Below are positions 48,188 to 57,700 of a stretch of DNA of 64,000 nt, one piece after another. This DNA is from Armatimonadota bacterium (lineage in GTDB: Bacteria > Armatimonadota > HRBIN16), in contig OY781964.1 of the NCBI GenBank assembly GCA_963677485.1, positions 2,080,001 through 2,144,000 of the forward strand, written 5' to 3'. The translations under genes and the position numbers were made by a program. A model generated the notes under the pieces. The model did not search any database. It saw only the letters and a list, made by a program, of their open reading frames with translations, and was not told the DNA's origin. The first letter of the stretch is position 1; each line of letters opens with the position of its first letter.

Positions 48188-48230
48188 AAAAAGGCCGTTC
48201 GGGGCACCCTTAAAGTGCTCCAAACGGCCT
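48188..48230 (-). terminator. Rho-independent terminator
   Basis: AGGCCGTTTGGAGCAC...GTGCCCCGAACGGCC-TTTTT on the minus strand, downstream of the oxidoreductase. Confidence 0.75.
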
Positions 48231-48254
48231 GCGTGATACTGAAACCCGGTGCGA

Positions 48255-49277
48255 CTAAAGAACCTGGCGTTTGCCCGTCTTAGCCGACTCAATCGCGGCT
48301 AAGGCGACAGCCACCGCACTGATGCCCGCATCGATGCCCATGGGGAAATCTTTGCCCTTCAGTATGGTGTCCATGAAGTAGTCGATCTCAATACTCCAGC
48401 TTTCGGGGTTTGGATTGCGGCGGATGGTGCGCCATTTGAACTCGGGAGCCGCCTTCCAGTCTGGACTGGACTTGCCCACGCACACGCGCAGCGGCTCGGT
48501 GTAGTTGTTAATCACTGTGCCGTTGTCAGCGTATATTTCCAAACCGTTGAAACCTGGGCCGCTGGTCCAGCCGCATTCGATGTAGGCCATGGCTTTGTTC
48601 TCAAACTCCAGCGTCATGATGGCGTTGTCGTCCAGCTTAATGTCCTTGCGCAGTGTCTTCATGCAGGCGCTGACCGCGGTGATGCGTCCGATCATCCACT
48701 GGCAAAGGTCGATGGCATGGATACCCATGTCAAACAACGCCCCACCGAAGGCGATCTCAGGATCGTAGAACCAGTCAGTCTTCGCCCACCCTGGGAAAGG
48801 TCCGCCATGTGCGAATCGCACACGCATCATGAAGGGATCGCCAATTTCGTCGCGGTCGAGAAGGGCTTTGATCTTGTTGTTGGAGTGAATCAAGCGGTGC
48901 GAAAAGCCGATCATCACCTTCTTGCCGGATGCTTTGGCAGCGGCTTTTACCGCACTGGCTTCGGCCAGGCTGATGGTCATGGGTTTCTCAAGCAGCAGGT
49001 TGGCACCCGCATTCAGAGCGGCGATGGCGTGCTCCGCGTGGAATTTGTTGGGTGAGCAGACCGATACGAAGTCAGGCTTCTCCGCGGCCAGCATCTCGCG
49101 GTAGTCGGAATAGGCTTTGGCGATCTTGAACTGACCTTTCGCCTCAGCGATGCGTTCCGGCACGGGGTCCGCGATGACGATGCGGCCCACATCCTCGCGT
49201 TTGTCGTAGCCAGGCAGGTGCAGTGCCTGTGCGATGGCACCAGCCCCGATGGTGGCTACTGTGTATGATTTGCTCAT
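48255..49277 (-). CDS. Gfo/Idh/MocA family oxidoreductase
   Basis: IGAGAIA, CSPNKFH, LLEKP and GGALFDMGIHAID motifs. Start MSKSY with AGGAG RBS. Confidence 0.93.
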   Translation of the reverse strand: MSKSYTVATIGAGAIAQALHLPGYDKREDVGRIVIADPVPERIAEAKGQFKIAKAYSDYREMLAAEKPDFVSVCSPNKFHAEHAIAALNAGANLLLEKPMTISLAEASAVKAAAKASGKKVMIGFSHRLIHSNNKIKALLDRDEIGDPFMMRVRFAHGGPFPGWAKTDWFYDPEIAFGGALFDMGIHAIDLCQWMIGRITAVSACMKTLRKDIKLDDNAIMTLEFENKAMAYIECGWTSGPGFNGLEIYADNGTVINNYTEPLRVCVGKSSPDWKAAPEFKWRTIRRNPNPESWSIEIDYFMDTILKGKDFPMGIDAGISAVAVALAAIESAKTGKRQVL

Positions 49278-49346
49278 TCTAGTCGTTCTCCTTGATGATA
49301 GATGTTTATAGATTGCATGGTTTGCATATGTAACATTATTGCCATT

Positions 49347-49620
49347 GTCCGGGGCGGTCTGTCCACCCTTGGGCACGCCAATCTCCCGATTGGCATTTCC
49401 CGTCCCCATCCGTGTCATCCTGAAAATCCGTGTAATCCGTGGTTCAGACAATACAGGCAAGGGCACCGCACGCGATGCCCCTACGATCCGGATATCCAGG
49501 ACGCGATGTTCACGAACGGTAGGGGCATGGCGTGCCGTGCCCCAGGGTCGGGAGACCCGACCCCTACGTTCCGATTGGGCACCGCACGCGATGCCCCTAC
49601 GATTGGGCACCGCACCCCCG
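49347..49620. repeat. Composite repeat spacer (B fragment, C, D, and four to five REP arms)
   Basis: TGTCCGGGGCGGTCTG, GCCAATCTCCCGATTGGC, ATCCGTGTAATCCGTGGTTCAGACA, and two copies of GGGCACCGCACGCGATGCCCCTAC. Confidence 0.8.
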
Positions 49621-49668
49621 GGCGTCGTGCCCCGTCGGAATCACTCATTAGGCAGATGATACCACTTT

Positions 49669-50319
49669 TTACTCTCCAAAGAGAGTCTGTTCCGCCAGCA
49701 GGCAGATCACATGGTAAATCACCATGTGAAGATTTTGAATCTGGTAGGTCTGTTCGGCAGGCACGCCGATAACTTGCTCGCAGTGACTGTCAAAGGGTGA
49801 AGGCTGGCACCCCGTGAAACCCACGGTGTGCAACCCAAACGCCTTGGCGACAGTGAAGGCGTTCAGCACGTTGGCGGAGTGGCCGGATGTGCTGAAGCCG
49901 ATCAGCACATCACCCGGTCGGCCGTAAGCATACACCTGCTGGGCATACACCAGATCGGCACCCAAGTCGTTGCTGATGGCAGAGATAAGTGCCGTCTGCT
50001 GCGTGAGGTCGATGGCCCTCATACCGCGCTGCATCCGGTCGGCCATGGCCGACCAGTTGGCGGCACCGGTGGCCTGCAGCTTCGCACGGTCCGCCTCCGG
50101 CATCCGCCGAGGAAGGGCAAAGGCTTTCACCATCTCGCCCACAATGTGCCCGCAGTCGGCGGCACTCCCGCCGTTGCCGCAAAGCAGTATCTGCCCGTTC
50201 CCGCGATGGGCGGTGCAGATCATCTCCACCGTGTCCAAGATCGTATCCGAAAGCGGTGTCAGCTCAGGGTGCTGCTGCAGCATGGTCTGGAAGTGTTGGT
50301 TGTCTCGTAGTCCGTTCAA
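49669..50319 (-). CDS. SIS-domain phosphosugar isomerase (GmhA-like)
   Basis: LCGNGGSAADCGHIVGE, SAISND, STSGHSANV and IQNLH motifs. Probable TTG start overlapping the ROK stop. Confidence 0.85.
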   Translation of the reverse strand: MNGLRDNQHFQTMLQQHPELTPLSDTILDTVEMICTAHRGNGQILLCGNGGSAADCGHIVGEMVKAFALPRRMPEADRAKLQATGAANWSAMADRMQRGMRAIDLTQQTALISAISNDLGADLVYAQQVYAYGRPGDVLIGFSTSGHSANVLNAFTVAKAFGLHTVGFTGCQPSPFDSHCEQVIGVPAEQTYQIQNLHMVIYHVICLLAEQTLFGE

Positions 50320-51302
50320 AATCCTTCTCCTAATGCCACGCACAGGCTGGCATAATCTCCAATTGCTTCACCCAAAGCAGCAGGCACCACTCGGCAGACG
50401 GAGGCACTGAGTGCCAGTGCTTCCTCCGCGATGGTCTGCGCAGCGATGGGCCAGAGCAGCTCATGCTGTCGCACAAACACGCTGCCGATCACGATGTACT
50501 CCGGGTTCAGCAGGTCAATCAAAATCGACAGCCCCTCACCTAGCCTGCGGGCCACCGTGTTGTAGATGTCGGTTGCAACCGGGTCGCCCGCTCGCGCGGC
50601 TTCCGCTACCGACTGCGCGGTGAGTTCCGAAACCTGCTCCATACTGGGGCAAAACTGGACATAATCTCCACGCTCAAGCAGCTTTTTCACATGCGCTTGC
50701 GCCAGACGAGCGATGCCGCCACCGCTGCAGAAGCCCTCGAAGGAACCCTCTTTACCATAACCGACAGGGCCCTGTTTGGCCAGCCGGATGTGTCCCGCTT
50801 CACCGGCCATATCGTTGGTGCCGGAATAGAGCCTGCCGTCAAGGATCAACCCCGCGCCCAGGCCGGTGCCGAAGGTCATGAACACCATGTTCTGGCAGCC
50901 TTTGCCCGCGCCCCACTTCCATTCTGCCAAAGCGCAGGCGTTGGCGTCATTCACCAGGTAGACTGGCAGACCGTAGCGCTGCTCGAATCGGCTGACGATA
51001 TGCACTTCGTCCCAGCCATGGAGGTTGGGAGGGCTAAGGATCACGCCAGTTTTGCCGTCCAACGGTCCGCCGCAACTGATGCCTATGCCTCTCATCAGCC
51101 CGATCTGCAGCTTGTGGCGCTCCAATATCCGCTGGGTTTGCTGTTCAAACTGCGCCAGAGTCTGCTTTACCCCCTCGCTGGTGAGGGTCGGGAAGGCGAT
51201 CTTGTCCAGAATCTCCACCCGGTCCGACTCTGCGCGGCCCAGCACGACCGCACATTTGGTGCCGCCGATATCGTAGCCCAGCAGGTAACTGTCTGTCGCC
51301 AT
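50316..51302 (-). CDS. ROK family sugar kinase
   Basis: DIGGTK, NDANACALAE, GTGLGAG, EAGH and GSFEGFCSG motifs. Confidence 0.92.
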   Translation of the reverse strand: MATDSYLLGYDIGGTKCAVVLGRAESDRVEILDKIAFPTLTSEGVKQTLAQFEQQTQRILERHKLQIGLMRGIGISCGGPLDGKTGVILSPPNLHGWDEVHIVSRFEQRYGLPVYLVNDANACALAEWKWGAGKGCQNMVFMTFGTGLGAGLILDGRLYSGTNDMAGEAGHIRLAKQGPVGYGKEGSFEGFCSGGGIARLAQAHVKKLLERGDYVQFCPSMEQVSELTAQSVAEAARAGDPVATDIYNTVARRLGEGLSILIDLLNPEYIVIGSVFVRQHELLWPIAAQTIAEEALALSASVCRVVPAALGEAIGDYASLCVALGEGF

Positions 51303-53611
51303 TAAGCTTGAGCCTTTTCGGACAGCATCTGCGTCCACTTGCGGTATGCCTGCAGCGAGTAGGGCGGCTTGCCGGTGAGGTAGTAGTTGTGACCACTGCC
51401 GTTAGCCGATTGCCAGCAGATCATCCAGACGCCTTGTCCCTCTGTGCTGCTAACCTGCTGCACGCTGACGGAACTGTCGGCTGGCACATGCGCTTTGGCA
51501 TCGCAGAGCTGCTGGCCGGTCTCCACATCGATGATCTGGTAGCTGATGTCCAGCTCTTCCCGCGTGTCGTTGCATGCGATCAGCCGTTGCACGCCCTCGG
51601 CAGGCTCGCTGAGTGTCATTACGAACGGCTGCTGGCACTGCTTAATCACATGGTAAGCGCGCTTTTTGCTGAAGTAATAGTCGACCACAGCATCGGATAT
51701 CTGCGGGGCGCCATCGATGATGTTCCACCAGATGATGCCGGTGCGGCACCACTTGGTCATTCGGAACCGCTCGATGAAGAACTTCATCGCCTCGGCCTGC
51801 GAGATCTGGCTGGCATCCGCAAAGTCCTCCAGATTGTCCGGCACCTCGCCAAACAGCACCTTGATGTGGCTGGCCATCAGCTCCACTCGGTAGTCGAACA
51901 GGTCGATGCCCGGCACCGGTGAGATGGAGTGCAGCAGCCACTCCTTGTTGTCTTTGTATGGCCAGAGGGACTCGGGCGAGATAAACTTGCGCATCGACTC
52001 GGGAGAGGGACATCCGTGATAGCCCGTCTCGCTGGCGAAGTGGCAGATGTTGGTCTGGTAGTACGGGCCTTTGTAGTAGTCGCGCGGACCCCACAAGTGG
52101 TCTTCCGACATCGTGTTGCTACCGTTGGCGTAGGCCACGGTGTCGATGTAGGGTGAGCTGGGCAGATAGGGCGCTCCAGGCACCTCTTCACGCAGCACTC
52201 TGGGCAGCAGCTCGCGGGTGAGCACATTGGTGTTGGGGTCCACGTCGTCGTTCACGTAGCCGTAGTCGCACTCATTGTCGCCTGACCACAGCGCGATACA
52301 GGGGTGTTGGCGCAGCCGCTGCACCACCAGGCGCGCCTCATGCTCCAACCGCGACTGGAACTGCGCATCCTGGGGATAGTTGGCGCAGGCCATCGAAAAG
52401 TCCTGCCAGATCATGATGCCTTTACGGTCGCAGATCTCGTAGAATAGGTTGTTCTCATACACGTTCCCGCCCCAGCAGCGGATCATGTTGCAGCCGATGT
52501 CATCCACCAGCTCCAGCATGGCGGGGATGCGTTCTACATCGCGCGAATGGTAGGCGTCGGCGGGCACCCAGTTTGTGCCCAGCACGAACAGCTTTTCGTC
52601 ATTCACCTCAAAGCAGAACTCGCCGTTCCCCTCCGCATCGGTGATGCTGGTGCGGTTGAGCTTCACCGTGCGGATGCCGTGTGTAAAGCTTAGGGTGTCG
52701 ATCAGCTCACCATTCTTGAGCAGTTGCACCTGCACATCGTATAGCGACTGATCGCCACGGCCTTTCGGCCACCAGAGTCTGGGCTGAGTGAGATAGATAT
52801 TGAGTTTGCCAACATCAAACAGCATTTTGCTGCTGGCCGAGAACTGCGAATCACCGCAGGTGGCGGTCAACACGATCTGGTAGTTGTCGTCAATGCCCAT
52901 CTGCGTGCTGGCTTGATAGCTCAGGTAGAGATGCGCGCTTTGATGGTCTGGCGAGATGTGGCTGGTGCGCAGATACACCCGCTCCAGATGCTCCACGGGC
53001 CGGTAACGCAGCGTGATGGGCCGCCAAATTCCAGCGGATACCGCGCGGGGCATGATGTCCCAGCCGTACATATGGGCCGCTTTGCGTACATACAGCGAAT
53101 CATAGTTGGAACCCAGTGTTCGCAGGATCGGCGGGTAGTCGTATTTCTTCGCCTCCAGCACGGCCGGGCGGATGTGAATCAACAGCTCGTTGTGCGGCTG
53201 CAACAGACCTGTGAGGTCGAAGCAGTGCTCAATCAGCATGTTATCGGTGGAGGCCAGCAGCACGCTGTTGAGGTAGATGCCGGCATAGCAGTCCAGACCC
53301 TCCAGCAGCAGTTCCGGCGTCATGCCAGGCACGTCAAGCGCGTCGAACTCGCGGAAATACCATATGTGGCACTTTTCATACTGGAACAGCTTCGGCATGT
53401 TCATACTGTAGAACGGCTCACCGATGATGCCATTCGCCTGGAGGTCCAGCTCGAAGTTGCCAGGCACGGTGCAGGGCATGACCGGCAGCTCCGATGCCCG
53501 CAGTTCGTCTATGCTCTGAAAACTGTGATGCTGGGCGTCGGTATATGCAAACTGCCAGTTTCCACCTAGATCGATTTGGTGCTGCTGTGTCCTAAAGTCC
53601 ATGGATGCCAA
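51302..53611 (-). CDS. GH2 beta-mannosidase-like glycoside hydrolase
   Basis: RKAAHMYGWD, GTNWVP, IRCWGGNVYE, WQDF, WSGDNE and SETG motifs. Alternative start ATG 53602. Confidence 0.9.
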   Translation of the reverse strand: MASMDFRTQQHQIDLGGNWQFAYTDAQHHSFQSIDELRASELPVMPCTVPGNFELDLQANGIIGEPFYSMNMPKLFQYEKCHIWYFREFDALDVPGMTPELLLEGLDCYAGIYLNSVLLASTDNMLIEHCFDLTGLLQPHNELLIHIRPAVLEAKKYDYPPILRTLGSNYDSLYVRKAAHMYGWDIMPRAVSAGIWRPITLRYRPVEHLERVYLRTSHISPDHQSAHLYLSYQASTQMGIDDNYQIVLTATCGDSQFSASSKMLFDVGKLNIYLTQPRLWWPKGRGDQSLYDVQVQLLKNGELIDTLSFTHGIRTVKLNRTSITDAEGNGEFCFEVNDEKLFVLGTNWVPADAYHSRDVERIPAMLELVDDIGCNMIRCWGGNVYENNLFYEICDRKGIMIWQDFSMACANYPQDAQFQSRLEHEARLVVQRLRQHPCIALWSGDNECDYGYVNDDVDPNTNVLTRELLPRVLREEVPGAPYLPSSPYIDTVAYANGSNTMSEDHLWGPRDYYKGPYYQTNICHFASETGYHGCPSPESMRKFISPESLWPYKDNKEWLLHSISPVPGIDLFDYRVELMASHIKVLFGEVPDNLEDFADASQISQAEAMKFFIERFRMTKWCRTGIIWWNIIDGAPQISDAVVDYYFSKKRAYHVIKQCQQPFVMTLSEPAEGVQRLIACNDTREELDISYQIIDVETGQQLCDAKAHVPADSSVSVQQVSSTEGQGVWMICWQSANGSGHNYYLTGKPPYSLQAYRKWTQMLSEKAQA

Positions 53612-53704
53612 TCCCCGCCTAGTGCTGTGTGATGCGTCGCACTATAGCAATTCGACTTTTGGGTGGCTTTTCCCTGCTCAGGGGTGTCGATAGCCGAACA
53701 GCCA

Positions 53705-54118
53705 CACCTGGGCTGGCCGTCCATATCGCGGCTACCAGCCACGCTGCCGCGGGTTTTGTCACCCCATGGGGCGATGGAACCCGTCGACACTGGGCTGACT
53801 GTCCATGTCGCAGGCTGCCAGCCATGCTGCCGCGGGTTTAGTCACCCCATGAATGGGGTTCCCTCACCGCGCGTCTAATGATTCGCAGCCCGCAAGCGGG
53901 CGTAGGGGGTGTCTGCGATGCGTCCGCTTCAGCGGACTACCAACTGATCAGCGACGGGTGATGGAGCCCCCTGAGGCGATGGAACCCGTCGACACTGGGC
54001 TGACTGTCCATATCGCTGCTACCAGCCACGCTGCCGCGGGTTTAGTCACCCCATGAATGGGGTTCCCTCACCGCGCGTCTAGACATTTGCAGCCCGCGAG
54101 CGTCCGCTTCAGCGGACT
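53705..54118. repeat. Tandem array of a ~205-bp palindrome-rich unit (one partial and two long copies)
   Basis: GGCGATGGAACCCGTCGACACTGGGCTG at 53770 and 53975. CCAGCCA(C/T)GCTGCCGCGGGTTT three times. GTCCGCTTCAGCGGAC twice. Confidence 0.85.
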
Positions 54119-54127
54119 GCCTACTAA

Positions 54128-54523
54128 TCACTCTTGATAACTGACGAAACCTGCGTCCAGAAAGTGTTTATCAAAGCCGATGAACTCATGGCATCCGTGC
54201 TTGCGCATTACCTGAAAACTGACTACATCGACCAGGCTTAGCTGCGACTTGGCACTCAGTTCCAGGGCGTTTATCGCCTGAGTGTGCATCTCTGCGTCTA
54301 CCCATACCACGTGAAATAACTCCGTTGACCTCATGAAGAGCATGGCTGCATCTAGCCCGATCCTTCTTTGAAGCAGAGCCACTGCTTCCACGATCACATA
54401 GTTGTGAAGTAGAAATTCTGCACCATTAGTATCTGCTGACTGCATCATACTCAGTGCCTGTGCATGGTAGATATCTGTGGGCATTGCCAGGGCGATGATG
54501 CCGGAGGTGTCAAGAAATATCAA
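54128..54523 (-). CDS. vapC: PIN-domain toxin (VapC family)
   Basis: MIFLDTS, VIVE, LSLVD and FDKHF motifs. Confidence 0.9.
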   Translation of the reverse strand: MIFLDTSGIIALAMPTDIYHAQALSMMQSADTNGAEFLLHNYVIVEAVALLQRRIGLDAAMLFMRSTELFHVVWVDAEMHTQAINALELSAKSQLSLVDVVSFQVMRKHGCHEFIGFDKHFLDAGFVSYQE

Positions 54524-54774
54524 CCGAGTTCCTCAGCCAGGTAGTCATCGTGACGAATTGAGAGCTCCGTTTCGCCCGTTTTGCCTGTGCCAATCCAACC
54601 GTATTTGGCCTGAAGTGCCGTATGGTCCGCAGCGACGTCCAAGTTCACAGCCAAACCAAGCTTTTCATGCAGTATTTCACGCACTACCGCCGACATCGAG
54701 CGCTTCTGCTTATGTGCGGCATCCCGCAATGCTTCATACGTCACATTGTCTATCTGTAGTTGTGTTCTGACCAT
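54520..54774 (-). CDS. Ribbon-helix-helix antitoxin (VapB-type)
   Basis: MVRTQLQI...YEALR...SMSAVVREIL and C-terminal S-x-x-HDDYL. Overlaps the PIN gene. Confidence 0.85.
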   Translation of the reverse strand: MVRTQLQIDNVTYEALRDAAHKQKRSMSAVVREILHEKLGLAVNLDVAADHTALQAKYGWIGTGKTGETELSIRHDDYLAEELG

Positions 54775-54810
54775 CGTAACCTCCGCATATCATTGGCTAA
54801 GTATATCCAG

Positions 54811-54837
54811 TACATCATAACATCATGTCGTCATGTA
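54811..54837. promoter_or_regulatory. Candidate TA autoregulatory operator
   Basis: Imperfect inverted repeat TACATCATAAC-ATCAT-GTCGTCATGTA upstream of the antitoxin. Confidence 0.4.
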
Positions 54838-55009
54838 TCCATCAGCTCCAGTATACCCGCAGATGAGCGTTCATTGGCGTTGATGCAGCCGTATCATGGC
54901 CGAAACGCTGTTGGTACGCATATGCCTCTCCAGAAGGAATACACAGCCATCAGCGTGAACCTAATATCGACAGGAAAGAACGCATAATCTTTCATGAGGT
55001 GCCAATATC

Positions 55010-57682
55010 ATGCCCAACACGCCGAAAATCATCGCAGAATGGCAATACAATAAGCCTGGAGTGCCCACTAACTGGGTTGTTGCTCAGGATATCTCAGGTT
55101 TCGGTATCAAGGGGGGGCTGTTGTCGGGTGATGTCACGGCGCAGACATGCTTCATGATGTGCAACGGGCTGTCTTTTCCCACAAGCCCCTACCAATGCCT
55201 TCATATGCGGGTGCGAGCCAAGCAGACCGGTGAGGGCAATATGCTGTGGATGGGGCCGACAGACCCCACACATAACTGGGACCGGCGTGTGCCCTTCAGC
55301 ATCAAGCAATCGGGCAAGTGGCAGGATGTGGTTCTGTACCCGTTCTGGCAGACGGAAAAAAGCATCAGCGGACTGCGGATCGACCTTCGCGGTCCTGGCA
55401 GATTTGACATCGAATTTATTCGCGTCATCCAGTGGGCAGAGGCCGAATCGGCCAGCCAGCAGACATCGTGGCAGTTTGACCAGCAGCAGCAACAGTCCTG
55501 GCGGAGCGGGCCAGACCCCTTGACGATGTTTGCACCTCCGGTCAAGCTCGATCTGTTTGCACGGCGTTATGTCACGCTGAAACTCCGAAGCGCTGTCTCC
55601 GGTAGCTGCCGGCTGGTATACGCAGCCGAAACGGCATCCGGTATGCTCTGGGAGCCGTTTGAGGTGCAAGCCAGTCCGCAGACTCAAAACTACACGGTGG
55701 AACTGCAGGGCGCCTGGCCAGGCCGGGCGAACTGGAGTTGGCGTGACCCCATCATCGCACTGGGTGTTCAAATTCCCGATCAGATGCAGGGCAAGCTGGT
55801 TTGGGAAGGCATGGATATCAATGCCCGACCCCAAGGCCCGGCTGAAATCCAGGTGAAGTATTTCGGCTTCGATGAGGCGATCAACCGCACGGGCCGACCA
55901 AGCCGTATAGTGGCGGAGCTGCTCAACTCAGGCGGGGTCGACGCACCCAGGCAAGAGGTTAGCCTCGGTCTGCCGATGGGCGTCAAAGCGGATACAGCCA
56001 GTTTGAGACAGACGGTGGACTTGCCATCAGGCGGCGCCGTCACCCGCGTGAGCTGGATGGTCACGGCGGAGAGTGCCAAGAGATACGGATTCAAGCTGTC
56101 CGTTCAGGGTAAGCAGCAGGCATCAACGCAGTTGCAGTTCATGAACGCCGTGGAGCTGACCAACGAAACTTCCGTGCCCAAGCCGAAACCAGTGAAGACC
56201 CTCACCGACATCTATATGTATTACTTCCCGGGCTGGGAGATTGATGCGCGCTGGGATTGCGTGCGCCGAGTCGCCCCAGAGCGCAAACCCTGGCTGGGAT
56301 ACTACGATGAAACACGCCCCGAGCTGGTCGACTGGCAGATCAAGGCCGCGGTGGATAACGGCATCACAGGCTACATTCTGGACTGGTACTGGGCCGACGG
56401 CCGCCTCAGCTTGAATCACTGGCTGGAGAACTACGCCAAGTCGCGGTATCGCGATATGCTCAAAATTTCGCTCATGTGGTGCAACCATGTGGGTGTGCAG
56501 GACCGCCACGATTTCCTGAAGTTGATCCGTTACTGCATCGAAAACGCCTTTGGCTGGAAGAGCTACATCACCATAGACCAGAAGCCGCTGATCGTGGTGT
56601 GGGATAGCGACCGGCTGCGGAATGGGATGGGCGGCAGCACGGCAGTGGCCAACCTGTTTTCCGAGGCCGAACAACTGGCGGTCCAAGCCGGTTATAAAGG
56701 CATCACATTCATGGAATCCGGCATGTATATGCCCGCCACCAGAGCCCGCACCGCGATCGTCAAAGCCGATGGTTATACCGGCTTCATGACGTATCATGAC
56801 TGGTGGAAGGCCAGCTTCCTGGCACCCAGCGGCCGCGAGGTTGGCTTCGATGACATCGTCAAGACGGCGGAGCAAACCTGGGATGAGAAGCGCAAGGCGG
56901 CCAGCGGGATGCGGTACTATCGGGTGCTCGACAGCGGTTGGGATCCTCGTCCCTGGCATGGCGATGGACCCAGAGCTGGCCGTATCATCCACCGCACGCC
57001 AGAGCTTTTCGAGGCGTTGCTGCACAAGACGCGCACCGACTGGCAGCGGCACAAACAAGAATTCATATTGCTGGGCCCGGCCAACGAATGGGGTGAAGGC
57101 AGCTACATTGAGCCGAATGTGGAGCACGGCTTCCGCATGTACGAGGCGGTGCGCAACGTCTTCGCCACCACACCCAAACGGAACTGGCCAGAGAACATTG
57201 GGCCGGTGGATGTGGGTCTACCGCCGATCGAGTTCCCGCCCCTGCCTTTGCAATCAAGCTGGCATTTCGATCGGTCAGTTCAGGGATGGAGCCCCATGAT
57301 GTGCATCACCCAATTTGGTGTCACAGATGGTGCTTTACGCTTCCACAGCTCGCTGGATGACCCTGCGATAGAGTGCCATGCCCGGGTAGATATGCGCACC
57401 GCCAACCGTCTGCGTGTGAAAATGCAGGTTAAGAGCTATACACAGCAGGCACTGTCGGCTCGATTGTTTTGGGGAACTGCGAAGGGTGAGTTCAGCATAC
57501 AAGCTAGTGTTGGTATATGGATACAACATGATATACCTTTGGAGTTAAACACGATCATGCGGACATATACGGTTGACATACCACCCGAATTCCGAACAGG
57601 CGAAACCCGCATTTTACGCTTCGACCCATGTGAGGTGGCTGATGCAGACATCGCGATCGAAAGCATCGAACTGCTGCCGTAG
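55010..57682 (+). CDS. GH99-like/WbsX-like domain protein with flanking beta-sandwich modules
   Basis: YYFPGW, PWLGYYDE, WQIKAAVDNGI...DWYW, GWDPRPW and NEWGEGSYIEP motifs. Confidence 0.8.
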   Translation: MPNTPKIIAEWQYNKPGVPTNWVVAQDISGFGIKGGLLSGDVTAQTCFMMCNGLSFPTSPYQCLHMRVRAKQTGEGNMLWMGPTDPTHNWDRRVPFSIKQSGKWQDVVLYPFWQTEKSISGLRIDLRGPGRFDIEFIRVIQWAEAESASQQTSWQFDQQQQQSWRSGPDPLTMFAPPVKLDLFARRYVTLKLRSAVSGSCRLVYAAETASGMLWEPFEVQASPQTQNYTVELQGAWPGRANWSWRDPIIALGVQIPDQMQGKLVWEGMDINARPQGPAEIQVKYFGFDEAINRTGRPSRIVAELLNSGGVDAPRQEVSLGLPMGVKADTASLRQTVDLPSGGAVTRVSWMVTAESAKRYGFKLSVQGKQQASTQLQFMNAVELTNETSVPKPKPVKTLTDIYMYYFPGWEIDARWDCVRRVAPERKPWLGYYDETRPELVDWQIKAAVDNGITGYILDWYWADGRLSLNHWLENYAKSRYRDMLKISLMWCNHVGVQDRHDFLKLIRYCIENAFGWKSYITIDQKPLIVVWDSDRLRNGMGGSTAVANLFSEAEQLAVQAGYKGITFMESGMYMPATRARTAIVKADGYTGFMTYHDWWKASFLAPSGREVGFDDIVKTAEQTWDEKRKAASGMRYYRVLDSGWDPRPWHGDGPRAGRIIHRTPELFEALLHKTRTDWQRHKQEFILLGPANEWGEGSYIEPNVEHGFRMYEAVRNVFATTPKRNWPENIGPVDVGLPPIEFPPLPLQSSWHFDRSVQGWSPMMCITQFGVTDGALRFHSSLDDPAIECHARVDMRTANRLRVKMQVKSYTQQALSARLFWGTAKGEFSIQASVGIWIQHDIPLELNTIMRTYTVDIPPEFRTGETRILRFDPCEVADADIAIESIELLP

Positions 57683-57700
57683 AGTTGGGGGGATCTGTAT

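Noticed and set aside
47498-48292. 264-aa minus-strand ORF and similar ORFs over repeat spacers (e.g. 43351-43947, 49302-49772, 24006-24338)
   Set aside because: They run through GC-rich repeat modules, lack RBS and protein-like composition, and are likely spurious.
53770-53810. Resemblance of GGCGATGGAACCCGTC...GCTGACTGTCCA to a fluoride (crcB) riboswitch, also at 53975
   Set aside because: The 3' consensus (GCUGAUG...CUA) is not matched, it lies inside a tandem repeat unit, and no same-strand fluoride-related gene follows.
47500-54120. Repeat clusters as CRISPR arrays
   Set aside because: No constant repeat with unique equal-length spacers, and no cas genes.
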